64,000 nucleotides of DNA from Patescibacteria group bacterium (GTDB lineage Bacteria > Patescibacteriota > Patescibacteriia > UBA1558 > GWA2-36-10), in the NCBI GenBank assembly GCA_041665505.1, contig JBAYIR010000003.1, positions 45,363 to 109,362 on the forward strand, read 5' to 3'. Every line of letters begins with the position of its first letter. The first letter of the stretch is position 1. A program made the position numbers and the translations under genes. Below the pieces are notes generated by a model. The model worked only from the letters and a program-made list of their open reading frames with translations. It did no database searches and was not told the origin of the DNA. Shown piece after piece: positions 22,701 to 32,471 of this stretch.

Positions 22701-23274
22701 GATTGGAGAAGCTTTAACTAGTATAGCCAAAGATAAAGATGCTACTAGATTAGGTAATATACAAGTAGAAATTGATGGGGCTAGAAGTAGTAATGATACT
22801 GACAGATTGGCTAAATTATTAGCTGAACAAAATACCTTAACTAGATTACAAAATACTAAACGTCGAGAAGCTTTAGGTTTGGCTACGCCTAATACTAAAA
22901 ATATTTTTTCTCGAGCTTTATTAAAAGATGCTACAGACGGGGCAGATTATTCTAGGCTACAGGAGATGGATATTAATGTTGAATCGGAAAGACATTTATT
23001 TATAGAGTTAGCCAAAGTAGCTACTCCAGATCAACAAAGGCAGTTATTTCAAGAGGCTAACCCGGATCAACTTAAACTATTTGCTGAAGTTTTAGCTAGC
23101 ACCGGGCAAAAGTTGAATAAAGTTATTGTCGATAATTTAACTCCAGCGGTGAAGAAGGAGATATTTAGAATGATGCATACAATTAAGCTTACACAAGAAG
23201 GAGTTATGTCAGCGATAGAGATTAAGGAGTTTGTAGCTAAGATGACAGATGAACAATTAGCTAAGATCAAATAA
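19798..23274 (+). CDS. VirB6/TrbL-like multi-TM protein with long soluble C-terminal tail
   Basis: W..LRDLSN.FFIL, AILINFSK, R...LW..IVLAPLAF...P....SRW in the first ~310 aa. Confidence 0.7.
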   Translation: MKFKNYKLVSKWPYLATIFALIVVVPMKISAISPLVKLLVQPIWNFFVWPLTWTIQLEMELLRLVARYNNFTNEGGVMLGWIALRDLSNMFFILILLVIAFATILRISNYGYQQLLKKTFIIAILINFSKTIVGFMIDVVQVVMLTFISAIDEVMAGGVVVAIGLHKLTQIQLPGDGVPMEDYVLALVMGAVFLAILVVVMGVMVMMLMMRIVALWVAIVLAPLAFVASIFPATKSFYSRWIKELGTNLVTGPMLAFFMWLTFTIVGNGEAYRTFLNDNPSMPGPTEFLGTANMVNYVVAISLLLMGIKMASASGAAGASFAAKGMGMINNTASKLARRYPMAVGKRLANWAAGGVVDKDGKARPLLQMGANRIINSRLGKRMNLTERATDFSERADSLRASNNILAQAAGRTMTGARDFQWNRIPFYGGRVQRGAMKAQGKYSAMVDEFQAEDEKFINPKQREQFEASQDNVKGGPKFLSRVPILNRSRRLRELGLGDAAGNVTSLGGNADRRVMQSKTKLDRGDIADQAEADFVAENLERVNDQSRLDKLHKQWGSTYRDKADVDKDINQDGIQSLLRDQKADAAIDPETGLPYEGSRLLIEGAFRDTDSVGLDIGKAILSKFKTARVAWSKALAHVAQTMGHTMERTEENLKNYGTVAATEINPATGMREIGFNNKSVVELNAYHPMVKAVGSTTQVYPQQAVNPYNEAMDHLEQGVIDGFYNFDAASINYLKQRSKEPDKDFEVRKKAATDSWEQNTASFEAGHITAEEMYKHRRQTLGVYTPEEIETEAAPIRARMQNLEAGRASGSISEEQYNDDLEIEKKALKDLYDSPIARIAGNSDDIELAMQISSRLPDKPIRGTAQLEKVEDAEIEEKTKKKVSEISETEITKRVKASGQTFTDPVNEKQARARVRQDMEEEIRGKTRDSLVQEKGTKRDEEQKKIDDKYNKDLANYNTERDALRRTIGEALTSIAKDKDATRLGNIQVEIDGARSSNDTDRLAKLLAEQNTLTRLQNTKRREALGLATPNTKNIFSRALLKDATDGADYSRLQEMDINVESERHLFIELAKVATPDQQRQLFQEANPDQLKLFAEVLASTGQKLNKVIVDNLTPAVKKEIFRMMHTIKLTQEGVMSAIEIKEFVAKMTDEQLAKIK

Positions 23275-23284
23275 TTTATTTTAA

Positions 23285-24544
23285 ATGTTAATCAATGATT
23301 TAAAAACTCTACCCGAAGAAGTACAGGATTTTATTTGGGAAACTATGTCAGATGTAAATTATACTATATTTGATAAGTTTTCTTTTGATTTTGCGCAATT
23401 TGAATTTTTTAATAAATTGGAAGATGATATTTTATTGAAGAAAAAAAATATCATTGATTTGCCCAAAGATTTAGAAAAAATGCCTGGTCAGTTCAAAGGG
23501 GACTTTAGGGAGCTGGCTTTACAAATGGCTACAGAAATATTTTGGCCCTTACAGGAATATCTAGGCGGAGTAGATCGTCTCATTTTACGCTTAGGTGCCA
23601 AAGTGCCTAGGGCAGTTTTTTTGAAGAAAAAAAATACTACGGTAGTTGATAATCAACTACCAGAAGTTTTTCAAGGTAGGGTCAAAGACTTAATGGAAAA
23701 GTATGAAGAATTTAAAGACCTGCGTTTAACACCCAATAAATTGGTCAATGAAAAAGGCCTAATGGTCAATGCTAGCGTGCAAAATTGGATTAATGATTAT
23801 ATTCATTTTTTGGGAGCTGGTCAGCATAATTCTTTAGAAAGAGCAGTTTATCTTTCTAAAAGTCCAAATGTTTTGGAGTTGACTGATAAATATAGAGATA
23901 GTTTGCGTTATTTATTATTATCTTATGATGAGGGAGTAGAACTTTATTTTAATTATTCACAGGGCTTTTTGTTTATAGAGGAACAGCCAACCAAAAAATC
24001 CACAGATAAAGAAGCTATTTCCAATAAAATGGATTTCGATAAATTTTTAGGAGCTTTTAAAAATAAATTAACAACTTTTCAAAAACAACTTTTGCCTAGT
24101 GACATGATAATATCTGAATCCCAAGGAGATATTAATAAAGTTAGAGATATTCTTTGGCAGGCGATTGGTATTTCTGACAAAGACAAAGCAATTAGTTGTT
24201 TAAAACTCTTGGTGGAGAGGAAAACTCTTGATTTGATGATTAAAGAGGATAATAGGTTTAAAAATACTTTAAAGAGGTTTATTGGTATTAAATATGGTCA
24301 AAACATGGAAAGGTCTTTGGCTGAAAATATAGACCAATTGATAATTAGGCGTCTTTTTTTGGAAATGATTTTGTCTGATAAGTTGAGATTATCTGAAGAA
24401 GAACTTTATGTCACTGTTTTTTATCTGACTAATATTTTGCCAAATTCAGGACAGCTAATATATCTAGATGAAAAAGATCAAAAATTCAAATGGCGAGCTG
24501 TTCAAGTCAGTGGTAATAAATTTGCTTGGGTAGATAAAATATAA
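23285..24544 (+). CDS. hypothetical protein
   Basis: 419-aa ORF starting 10 bp after the VirB6-like gene. Confidence 0.75.
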   Translation: MLINDLKTLPEEVQDFIWETMSDVNYTIFDKFSFDFAQFEFFNKLEDDILLKKKNIIDLPKDLEKMPGQFKGDFRELALQMATEIFWPLQEYLGGVDRLILRLGAKVPRAVFLKKKNTTVVDNQLPEVFQGRVKDLMEKYEEFKDLRLTPNKLVNEKGLMVNASVQNWINDYIHFLGAGQHNSLERAVYLSKSPNVLELTDKYRDSLRYLLLSYDEGVELYFNYSQGFLFIEEQPTKKSTDKEAISNKMDFDKFLGAFKNKLTTFQKQLLPSDMIISESQGDINKVRDILWQAIGISDKDKAISCLKLLVERKTLDLMIKEDNRFKNTLKRFIGIKYGQNMERSLAENIDQLIIRRLFLEMILSDKLRLSEEELYVTVFYLTNILPNSGQLIYLDEKDQKFKWRAVQVSGNKFAWVDKI

Positions 24545-24554
24545 TTTATTTTTT

Positions 24555-24587
24555 AATATCCCGCGGCCTATGGCCGCGGGATATTTT
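24555..24587. terminator. terminator between convergent genes
   Basis: AATATCCCGCGGCC-TAT-GGCCGCGGGATATT perfect stem. Confidence 0.85.
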
Positions 24588-25761
24588 AGTTGACTGCTTT
24601 TATTTTCCAGAGAGTGATTTGTCTTTTTACTTTTTGCTCCGGACGGCTATAGATTATATCTTTGTCTAGCAGATATTCAAAACCTAGTTGGGAGATTATT
24701 TTTTTATCTAGGGTATAAATATCGCTATTATCCAGATGAAAAATTGGAAAAACAAAAATTACCAAGCCTTCTGGGCTTAATATTTTTTTAAATTGGCTAA
24801 AAGCGGCTAGATATAACTCTTGCAATTCATTTTTTATCTCAGTGATGTCACTAGCTTTATTTTGTCTGGCAATTAGACGGGCATCACCCATAAATGGCTC
24901 AGTCACTATAGTATTTATACTATTTTTTTCAAAATATTTGTCTAGATTTTTTATATCAGCTTGGTTTATTTTTATATCAGCTTGAATTTTAAAATTTTTA
25001 GCCAGCCAAGCTAGATTAGCTTTGCTTTCTTCAACTGCTTTATCACTAAGATCACTGCCATATATTTTTTGCCATCCCAAAAGCATTGCTTCTTGCAAAA
25101 CAGTGCCAGAGCCACAAAAAGGGTCTAAAATATTTTTATCTTTATTAGAGCCACTTAAGTTGACTAACATTTGGGCTACTTTGGGTGGGAGCATACCGCT
25201 TTTGTTGTCACGATGAGGACGCTCTATATCTCTAAAGCCATAACTGACAAAATCTTGTACAGCTTTAGTCAGACCCAGTAAATATTTTTCTTGGTGTTTT
25301 ATTATTAAGAGTTCATTACCTAACAATTTATTTTTGGCGACTATGACAGAGGATAGCTCTGCCTCTTGGCCAGTGACTAAACGGCTTTTATATTTATATT
25401 CTTTTAGTAATTTTTTTAATCCCAAAGCCACTCTTTTTATAGTGTCATAATTTTTGGCGTCACCATGATACAGGCTAAAGCCAAAATTATTTTTAGATTC
25501 AGTTTGTAGCTTGGTTTTTAGTAGTTCATACCAAGTATCAACATCCAAATCACTGAGTTTATCAATAGTTTTGATATAACTAGCGATTTTGATTGTGCCA
25601 CCCAAAATATTGATCAAATCAGCTGCTTCTTTGTCAGTATTAGCTAATACAAAATCAGGACCTAAGAGTTCTAATTGGTCATTTTTGTCGCTTAAAACTG
25701 TTTTTAATTCTGCTTGGGCTAAGTCCGGAGATTGTCCAAGCATAAATAAGTATTTATTCAT
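24586..25761 (-). CDS. TRM11/Trm14-like SAM-dependent RNA methyltransferase
   Basis: GMLPPKVAQ, LDPFCGSGT, TEPF. Confidence 0.8.
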   Translation of the reverse strand: MNKYLFMLGQSPDLAQAELKTVLSDKNDQLELLGPDFVLANTDKEAADLINILGGTIKIASYIKTIDKLSDLDVDTWYELLKTKLQTESKNNFGFSLYHGDAKNYDTIKRVALGLKKLLKEYKYKSRLVTGQEAELSSVIVAKNKLLGNELLIIKHQEKYLLGLTKAVQDFVSYGFRDIERPHRDNKSGMLPPKVAQMLVNLSGSNKDKNILDPFCGSGTVLQEAMLLGWQKIYGSDLSDKAVEESKANLAWLAKNFKIQADIKINQADIKNLDKYFEKNSINTIVTEPFMGDARLIARQNKASDITEIKNELQELYLAAFSQFKKILSPEGLVIFVFPIFHLDNSDIYTLDKKIISQLGFEYLLDKDIIYSRPEQKVKRQITLWKIKAVN

Positions 25762-25807
25762 TACTATATAATAGTTTAAATAATATTTTTACGCAATATA
25801 TTAAGTA

Positions 25808-25836
25808 TTGACTTATGCCTATGATTATGGTAAATT
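25808..25836 (+). promoter_or_regulatory. sigma70 promoter of rpsF-ssb-rpsR-efp
   Basis: TTGACT-17-TAAATT with TG extension. Confidence 0.65.
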
Positions 25837-25924
25837 GCGTGCAGTTAATATATCTTAATTAACCACGCCTCTGTATTAACTGTAGGGGCCCTTGGTGTAA
25901 AAATCAAGGTAATTAGATAGAAAA

Positions 25925-26428
25925 ATGAAATACGAACTATCTTTTATTATTAGTCCAGCTATTCCTGAAACAGATCATTTATCTGTTAATCAGCAAGTTT
26001 TGGACTATCTCAAAGGCATCGAAGCTAATGTTACTCGAGCGCCTTACTTTATGGGCCGTAGAAAATTGGCTTATCCAATTGCCAAACAAAAACACGGTTT
26101 TTATGTTTGTCTAGAATTTACTACAGAGGATAAGGCTTCTCTGAAGGAATTAGACATTAAATTGAAGCACAACAATAGTTTGCTTCGTCATTTGATTATC
26201 AAATTGGAAAACCGTTCAGAGAGTGCAGCAGTTGATTTTTCTAAAATGGAAGAAAGAGATACTGATAAAGCCAAGGGTCGTCCGGTCAGAAAAGCTAGAG
26301 TGTCAGCCCCAAAAAGTTTTTCTAAAAAATCAGAACCTAGAAGTCGACAGGAAAGTAAAGTCAAAGTAAATTTAGATGATATTGATAAACAGCTAGATAG
26401 AATTTTGGATGAGCCAAAAGTTGATTAA
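25925..26428 (+). CDS. rpsF: 30S ribosomal protein S6 with charged C-terminal extension
   Basis: KYEL, GRRKLAYPI, LLRHLII. Confidence 0.95.
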   Translation: MKYELSFIISPAIPETDHLSVNQQVLDYLKGIEANVTRAPYFMGRRKLAYPIAKQKHGFYVCLEFTTEDKASLKELDIKLKHNNSLLRHLIIKLENRSESAAVDFSKMEERDTDKAKGRPVRKARVSAPKSFSKKSEPRSRQESKVKVNLDDIDKQLDRILDEPKVD

Positions 26429-26446
26429 TTTTCTTAACATAATTAT

Positions 26447-26929
26447 ATGAATCTAAACAAAGCTATGATCATTGGTAATATAGTGCGCGATCCAGAAATG
26501 CGTACTACTCCCAGTGGTCAAAATGTCACTTCTTTTTCCATAGCTACCAATCGTGTTTGGAACGACACCAACGGTCAAAAGCAGGAAAGAGCCGAGTTTC
26601 ACAATATTGTCGCTTGGCGTAGATTAGCTGAAATTGCTAGTCAATATCTCAAAAAAGGAGCTAAAGTGTATATTGAAGGCAGACTACAAACCAGATCTTG
26701 GGATGATCCAAATGGTGTTAAAAGATATCGTACAGAAATTATTGCTGAAAATATGATCATGCTCGATAGGGCTGGTAATATGCCCAGCGGTGGTGGCGGT
26801 GGAGATTACAATACCGAGCAACCATCAATGGATCAAACTCCCACAGTAGATGTTAATCGCTCCAGCTCTTCAAATATTCCATCAAATGATGGAGAAGAAG
26901 AAATTAGCATTGAAGATATTCCATTTTAA
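26447..26929 (+). CDS. ssb: single-stranded DNA-binding protein
   Basis: LNKAMIIGN, EGRLQTRSW, C-terminal DIPF. Confidence 0.98.
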   Translation: MNLNKAMIIGNIVRDPEMRTTPSGQNVTSFSIATNRVWNDTNGQKQERAEFHNIVAWRRLAEIASQYLKKGAKVYIEGRLQTRSWDDPNGVKRYRTEIIAENMIMLDRAGNMPSGGGGGDYNTEQPSMDQTPTVDVNRSSSSNIPSNDGEEEISIEDIPF

Positions 26930-26954
26930 AGATTAATTAAATTCAAATTTTAAT

Positions 26955-27173
26955 ATGCATACCAAACAAACTAGTAAATATTGCCACTTTTGTGTAAACA
27001 ATATGTCAGATATTGATTATAAGAATTGGCAACAATTAAAACGCTTTACTTCTTCTTATGGCAAGATTGTGCCAAAAAGAAGAAGTGGTGCTTGTTCCAA
27101 ACACCAAAGAAGCTTAGCCCAGGCTATCAAACGTGCTCGTTTTATGGCTTTACTTCCTTATGTAGCCAAATAA
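26955..27173 (+). CDS. rpsR: 30S ribosomal protein S18 (Zn-binding form)
   Basis: CHFC, IDYK, GKIVP, AIKRAR..ALLPY. Confidence 0.97.
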   Translation: MHTKQTSKYCHFCVNNMSDIDYKNWQQLKRFTSSYGKIVPKRRSGACSKHQRSLAQAIKRARFMALLPYVAK

Positions 27174-27177
27174 AATT

Positions 27178-27735
27178 ATGTTGTCACTCAGCGATTTAAA
27201 ATTGGGTAAAGTCATATCGGTTAATGACGAACCATATCAGATTGTGTTTAATCAACACATCAAAGTAGCTAGAGGTGGAGCAGTGGTAAAAACCAAGCTC
27301 AAGAATTTGATTTCTGGAAATACTTTAGAAAAAACATTTTCTGGTTCAGATAGTATAGCCGAAGCAGATATTACTCGTCGTAAAGCGAATTTTCTTTACC
27401 AGCAAGAAGAGGATTTTCATTTTATGGACAATGAAAGTTTTGAACAATTTCAATTTCCTAAAAATGATTTAGGAGATTTAGTAAAATATCTTATTGATGG
27501 TCAAGAGGTTGATGTCTTGGTTTTCAACGATGTGCCAGTGTCAATTGCTTTGCCTACCAAAATTACCCTAGAAGTCAAATCAGCTCCAGAAGGAGTAAAA
27601 GGTAATAGTGCTGGGGCTATTACTAAGACAGTAATTTTAGAAAACGATTTAGAAGTGAGAACTCCTTTATTTATTAAGTCAGGTGAAAAGATAGTTATCA
27701 ATACAGAAACAGGGGAATATGTAGGTCGGGCTTAA
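27178..27735 (+). CDS. efp: elongation factor P
   Basis: FMDNESFEQ, PEGVKGNSA, PLFIKSGE, TGEYVGRA. Confidence 0.95.
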   Translation: MLSLSDLKLGKVISVNDEPYQIVFNQHIKVARGGAVVKTKLKNLISGNTLEKTFSGSDSIAEADITRRKANFLYQQEEDFHFMDNESFEQFQFPKNDLGDLVKYLIDGQEVDVLVFNDVPVSIALPTKITLEVKSAPEGVKGNSAGAITKTVILENDLEVRTPLFIKSGEKIVINTETGEYVGRA

Positions 27736-27753
27736 TTTTTTATTATATTTTTT

Positions 27754-27789
27754 AAAATTACCTCTCAGTTTATCTGGGGGTAATTTTTT
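27754..27789 (+). terminator. intrinsic terminator after efp
   Basis: AAAATTACCTC...GGGGTAATTTT stem plus T-tract. Confidence 0.7.
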
Positions 27790-27887
27790 GTTTAATTATG
27801 GTTGGCTATATACATATAAATATGTTATAATATAATTAAATATTTACCCTTTGGTAGCTAAGAAATAAACATAGACATAAATAATTC

Positions 27888-29294
27888 ATGGATTCTTCAA
27901 ATAATAAAGTAAATGATATTTTAGACACTGCTAATTGGTCTGATGCTCTTTTAGTTAAAGATGCCAAAGGCAATTTAGGGTCTTTAAAACTGGTTCTAAA
28001 AGATAATTCTCCTAAAATTTCACCCTCAATTAATGCTGTTTCTGAAGGTAGTTTGGCTCCTAAAGACGCTAGTTTCGCTCCTTCACAAAATATTATTGGT
28101 AATTCTCAGACTAAATCAGAGCTGGTTTTTCACCCAGATGATAAAGAAGAACTAGATTTTTTTGCTCAAAATATAGTCAAAGATGATAGTAAAAAATATA
28201 GTGTTGAGAAAATAGTAGACCGTATTATTGCCAAACAATCTTTGGATTTGGATGAGAAAAATAAAAAGATTTTCGTTAATATTTTGTACAATTTTTTTAG
28301 AAATAGAAAAAGTACAATTATTACCAGAGAGCTTTTGACAAATAGTGTCTTGATAAAAAACAAAAAAATAGATACTGAAGTAATTGATATCATTTTGTCT
28401 GTTATCAAAGGTATTAAAAATAAAATTGATGCTGTTGGTGGTTTGGTGGTCAATCAAACTGAGCTAAAAATTGAGCAAAATTTATCAAGCGCCAAAGAAA
28501 AAAAACATCTTTTACAGACTCCACCAGTTTTAGTCAAGCCGTTTAGCCAAGAAGAAAAGATTTTAGATTTGGAAGATTCAAAAGACAGCTCATTATCAGC
28601 TCAAGATGAAGTCAAAATGGCGCTCGGTCAGTTACAGCCAACAGTAGTAAAGGAAAGCAAGGTAGAAACCAAAGCGCCAGTTGTCAAAGCGCCAGCCGCT
28701 GGATTTTCTATTCCGGCTCCTCTTGAAAAGTTATCTAAACCAGATAAACCTGAGCTAAAAGAAGAAATTATAAAACCAGTTGCTCAGCCAGAAATTAAAG
28801 CTAGCTTAGTAGTGCAACAAGATGAGCCAGAGCTAGCCAAAGTGGAAACATCGCTACCAAAAGTATTAAGATCAAACCTAAATCAAACGCCCAAAAAACC
28901 AATTAGCGACGTAGTCAGCCCCATCAAAGAAGTCAAAAAACCAAACATCCCAGTAGGAGCAAAAAATGTTTTAATGGGGGCAGTACAAGAATTACAATCA
29001 TTTGATTTAGTTGGTTTTCGTCGTTTGGGTAGTACAGCCAATGAGCGTGTTCAGAAAATATTTGATAAAATAAATTTATTAGAACAAGAATCATATACTA
29101 AAAAAGCTCAAGGTATTGCTGCTTGGAGAGATAGTGAAGTCTATAAATTATATTTACAATTAGGCACGGAGAGTATGATAGCTGGCCAAGAAGTAGCCAA
29201 TTTTATACTGGAGCGCCAAAGTAAAAATCAAAATACACTTAGTATAGAAGAGTTTTCAGCTATCTCGGATTTAAACAAACAATTAAGATTTTAG
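27888..29294 (+). CDS. hypothetical protein with Pro/Lys-rich linker, first gene of the PrgI-VirB4 operon
   Basis: 468-aa ORF ending 3 bp before the PrgI-like gene. Confidence 0.75.
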   Translation: MDSSNNKVNDILDTANWSDALLVKDAKGNLGSLKLVLKDNSPKISPSINAVSEGSLAPKDASFAPSQNIIGNSQTKSELVFHPDDKEELDFFAQNIVKDDSKKYSVEKIVDRIIAKQSLDLDEKNKKIFVNILYNFFRNRKSTIITRELLTNSVLIKNKKIDTEVIDIILSVIKGIKNKIDAVGGLVVNQTELKIEQNLSSAKEKKHLLQTPPVLVKPFSQEEKILDLEDSKDSSLSAQDEVKMALGQLQPTVVKESKVETKAPVVKAPAAGFSIPAPLEKLSKPDKPELKEEIIKPVAQPEIKASLVVQQDEPELAKVETSLPKVLRSNLNQTPKKPISDVVSPIKEVKKPNIPVGAKNVLMGAVQELQSFDLVGFRRLGSTANERVQKIFDKINLLEQESYTKKAQGIAAWRDSEVYKLYLQLGTESMIAGQEVANFILERQSKNQNTLSIEEFSAISDLNKQLRF

Positions 29295-29297
29295 TTT

Positions 29298-29774
29298 ATG
29301 CCAGAAAGGTTTATAGTGCCACAATTTATAGATGCCGAAGATAAAATCTGGGGACCAATTACTGTTCGTCAATTTGTGATTATATTGGTTGGTTTACTTT
29401 TTGGATTTATTGCTTATAAACTTTCAGATTTAACTTTGTTTATTTTCTGGATGGTGATCATTGTGATTTTTGTAGTGTTATTTGCTTTTTATAAAATCAA
29501 TGGAGCACCTTTCCATATTTTTGCTATCAATTTTATTGAAACCACTTTTAAGAAACCGGCTCTTCGTGTTTGGCATAAACAATATGTTAAAGTAGAAAAA
29601 GTTAAATCAAAAGATGAAATGCAAGTCAAAGAAGGTCCAGTGGCCCCCAAAAAGATTGCCTCTAGTCGGAAATTATCAGAGCTTTCTTTGATTATTGATA
29701 CCGGAGGGGTATATAAAGGAGAAAGACGAGCTAATGAAGAAAATAACGTTAGTTTTTCAGATAAAAATATTTGA
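29298..29774 (+). CDS. PrgI family protein (VirB3-like)
   Basis: VPQFIDAEDKIWGPITVRQF followed by two TMs. Confidence 0.85.
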   Translation: MPERFIVPQFIDAEDKIWGPITVRQFVIILVGLLFGFIAYKLSDLTLFIFWMVIIVIFVVLFAFYKINGAPFHIFAINFIETTFKKPALRVWHKQYVKVEKVKSKDEMQVKEGPVAPKKIASSRKLSELSLIIDTGGVYKGERRANEENNVSFSDKNI

Positions 29775-29809
29775 TATTTTAGTGAACTCAATATAAATTA
29801 TAAATTACT

Positions 29810-30490
29810 ATGAAAAGTAAAAAATTAACTGGTAACCAAGCAGCTACAGCCACTCAAAAATATTTAGATATTGCTGAGATTAGAGATGATTTGGTAGTTT
29901 TAAATGACGGCACAGTCCGAGGAGTTTTATTGGTGGCCTCTATAAATTTTGATTTGAAATCAGAAGATGAACAAAGGGCTATTATTGGTAATTATGTTAA
30001 TTTTTTAAACACCCTAGATTATCCATTGCAAGTTATTATACAATCTCGCCCTTTAAATATTGATGACTATCTTGTTAGATTAAAAAAGATGGAAAGGGAG
30101 CAAACTAATGAATTATTGCGCATGCAGACCGCTGATTATAGAGGTTTTGTGGAAGAACTACTAACTTTAGAAAAGATAATGAGTAAGAAATTTTATGTAG
30201 TAGTCCCTTATAGTGCGCTCAGTGATAAAAGAATAAACTTTAAAAGTCGTTTTGCCTCTGTTTTTTCTCCTGCTAAAATAGTTAGTTTGAGTCGCAAACG
30301 TTTGGAAGAATTTAGTGATCAATTAGAAAAGAGATGCAATTTTATTGGAGCGGGTTTGGGTAGTTTGGGCTTAAGGAGCCAGCGTCTTAGCACTCAAGCT
30401 TTGATTGAGCTATATTATAATAGTTATAATCCAGAGTTATTTCAAAAACAACCAATGGATGATATAAATAAATTAACCATCGAAACATAA
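29810..30490 (+). CDS. TraC/TrsE N-terminal-like VirB4 accessory protein
   Basis: SINFDLKSEDEQ, FLNTLDYPLQ, KKFYVVVP; TAATG coupling to virB4. Confidence 0.75.
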   Translation: MKSKKLTGNQAATATQKYLDIAEIRDDLVVLNDGTVRGVLLVASINFDLKSEDEQRAIIGNYVNFLNTLDYPLQVIIQSRPLNIDDYLVRLKKMEREQTNELLRMQTADYRGFVEELLTLEKIMSKKFYVVVPYSALSDKRINFKSRFASVFSPAKIVSLSRKRLEEFSDQLEKRCNFIGAGLGSLGLRSQRLSTQALIELYYNSYNPELFQKQPMDDINKLTIET

Positions 30491-32415
30491 TGTTTGGTTT
30501 TAACAAAATAAAACAAGCGCAAAAAGTTTCCAAAATTGACAAAGACTTAGAAAGATTGTCAGGTAATTCTCGACCGCAGATATCTCCTCAGGAACAAGTC
30601 ACTAAAGAAAAGAAACTGATTGAAGCGGAAAGAGTCTTTAGAGAGGGGATTGTCTCAGTTAGAGATATTGTGGCTCCAGCCGCTTTAAAGATTGATCCAC
30701 AATATTTGCAACTAAATAATCTTTTTGTCCGGACTTTATTTGTCATGACTTATCCACGTTATGTAACTATTGGTTGGTTTGCTCCGATTATCAACGAAAG
30801 TTTGACTTTGGATATTTCTATGTTTTTTTATCCTTTGGATATCCAAATGGTCCTTAAACAATTGAAAAATAAAGTCGGTACTATGGAAGCTCAGATTATA
30901 TCTGATCATGAAAAAGGAGCACCTCGTGATCCTATTTCGGAGACCGCTTTGCAAGATATAGAAGGTTTACGAGACGGCCTGAGTCAGGGGACGGAAAAGT
31001 TTTTTCAATTTGCTCTTTATGTCACTATTTATGCTAAAGATAAAAATGAACTTGATTTAGCTAGCGACAGAATAGAAAATCTTTTGGGTATGCAGTTGAT
31101 TTATTCTCGTCGGGCCTTATTTCAAGCCGAGCAAGGTTTTAATTCTACTTTACCTTTAGGTAATGATGAATTGGGCATTGCTACCAATATGAATAGTTCT
31201 CCTATTGCTTCATCATTTCCTTTTGTTTCCTCTGAGCTGACTTCTGATGATGGTATTTTATATGGTATTAATCGACACAATAACAGTTTGATATTATTTG
31301 ATAGATTTTCTTTACAAAATGCCAATATGGTGGTTTTTGCTACTTCTGGGGCTGGTAAAAGTTATGCTATCAAATTGGAAGTTTTACGTTCTATGATGCT
31401 GGGATCGGATGTTATTATTATTGACCCAGAAAATGAGTATCAGCATCTTTCTGAAGCGGTTGGTGGCGCTTATATCAATGTATCTTTAAATTCGGAAAGC
31501 AAACTAAATCCTTTTGATCTGCCTAGAGGTGTAGGAGGGGACAGTAAGCCAGAAGACATCATTAGAAGTGCTATTATTACCCTTAAGGGCTTAATACGTC
31601 TAATGATTGGTGATATTACCAATGGTGAAGATTCACTCTTGGATAGGGCTATACTAGAAACTTATGCCAAAAAAGATATTACGCCGGCTAGTGATTTGGC
31701 CAATATCGAAGCACCTATTATGTCTGATTTGGAAGAAATATTACTTAGTATGGAGGGTGGTGAAGATATGGCTCTACGTATTAAAAAATATACCGAAGGT
31801 ACTTTTTCCGGCTTGTTTAATAGTCCAACCAATATCAAAGTAGATAATCAATTGGTAGTATTTTGTATTAGAGATTTAGAAGATGAGCTTCGTCCGATAG
31901 CTATGTATATGATTATGACTCACATCTGGAATATTATCAGGAGTGAGCTCAAGCGTAGAATGTTGGTAGTAGATGAAGCTTGGATCATGATGAGGCATGA
32001 AGATAGTGCCAAATTTATGTATGCTTTGGTCAAACGCTGTCGTAAATATTATTTGGGAGTGACGACTATTACCCAAGATGTCAACGACTTTTTGACTTCT
32101 ACTTATGGTAACGCCATTGTTAATAACTGTGCTCTGCAGTTACTGCTCAAACAAACTCCAGCCGCAGTCAATTTGGTTCAACAAACCTTTATGTTGACCG
32201 AAGGAGAAAAATATCTTTTACTAGAAGCTGGCTTGGGAGAGGGTATATTTTTTGCTGGGGCCAAACACGCTGCTATAAAAATTCAAGCTTCCTATGCTGA
32301 ACACCAAATCATTACTTCTGATCCAAGACAGCTGATAGAGATAGAAGAAGCAAAAAAGGAATTTGAAGAGCAGATGATGGCCGAAGCAGAAGAGAATCCC
32401 AATCAAAAAAAATAG
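30490..32415 (+). CDS. virB4: VirB4-like type IV secretion ATPase
   Basis: Walker A ATSGAGKS, IIDPENEY, VVDEAW, RCRKY, ITQDV. Confidence 0.9.
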   Translation: MFGFNKIKQAQKVSKIDKDLERLSGNSRPQISPQEQVTKEKKLIEAERVFREGIVSVRDIVAPAALKIDPQYLQLNNLFVRTLFVMTYPRYVTIGWFAPIINESLTLDISMFFYPLDIQMVLKQLKNKVGTMEAQIISDHEKGAPRDPISETALQDIEGLRDGLSQGTEKFFQFALYVTIYAKDKNELDLASDRIENLLGMQLIYSRRALFQAEQGFNSTLPLGNDELGIATNMNSSPIASSFPFVSSELTSDDGILYGINRHNNSLILFDRFSLQNANMVVFATSGAGKSYAIKLEVLRSMMLGSDVIIIDPENEYQHLSEAVGGAYINVSLNSESKLNPFDLPRGVGGDSKPEDIIRSAIITLKGLIRLMIGDITNGEDSLLDRAILETYAKKDITPASDLANIEAPIMSDLEEILLSMEGGEDMALRIKKYTEGTFSGLFNSPTNIKVDNQLVVFCIRDLEDELRPIAMYMIMTHIWNIIRSELKRRMLVVDEAWIMMRHEDSAKFMYALVKRCRKYYLGVTTITQDVNDFLTSTYGNAIVNNCALQLLLKQTPAAVNLVQQTFMLTEGEKYLLLEAGLGEGIFFAGAKHAAIKIQASYAEHQIITSDPRQLIEIEEAKKEFEEQMMAEAEENPNQKK

Positions 32416-32471
32416 ATTTAATATTATTTATATAAATTATATTTTATTCCAGCATAAATTAATAAAAAAAT

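Noticed and set aside
29810-32415. Frameshifted single virB4
   Set aside because: Clean TAATG stop-start coupling; both ORFs have their own termini
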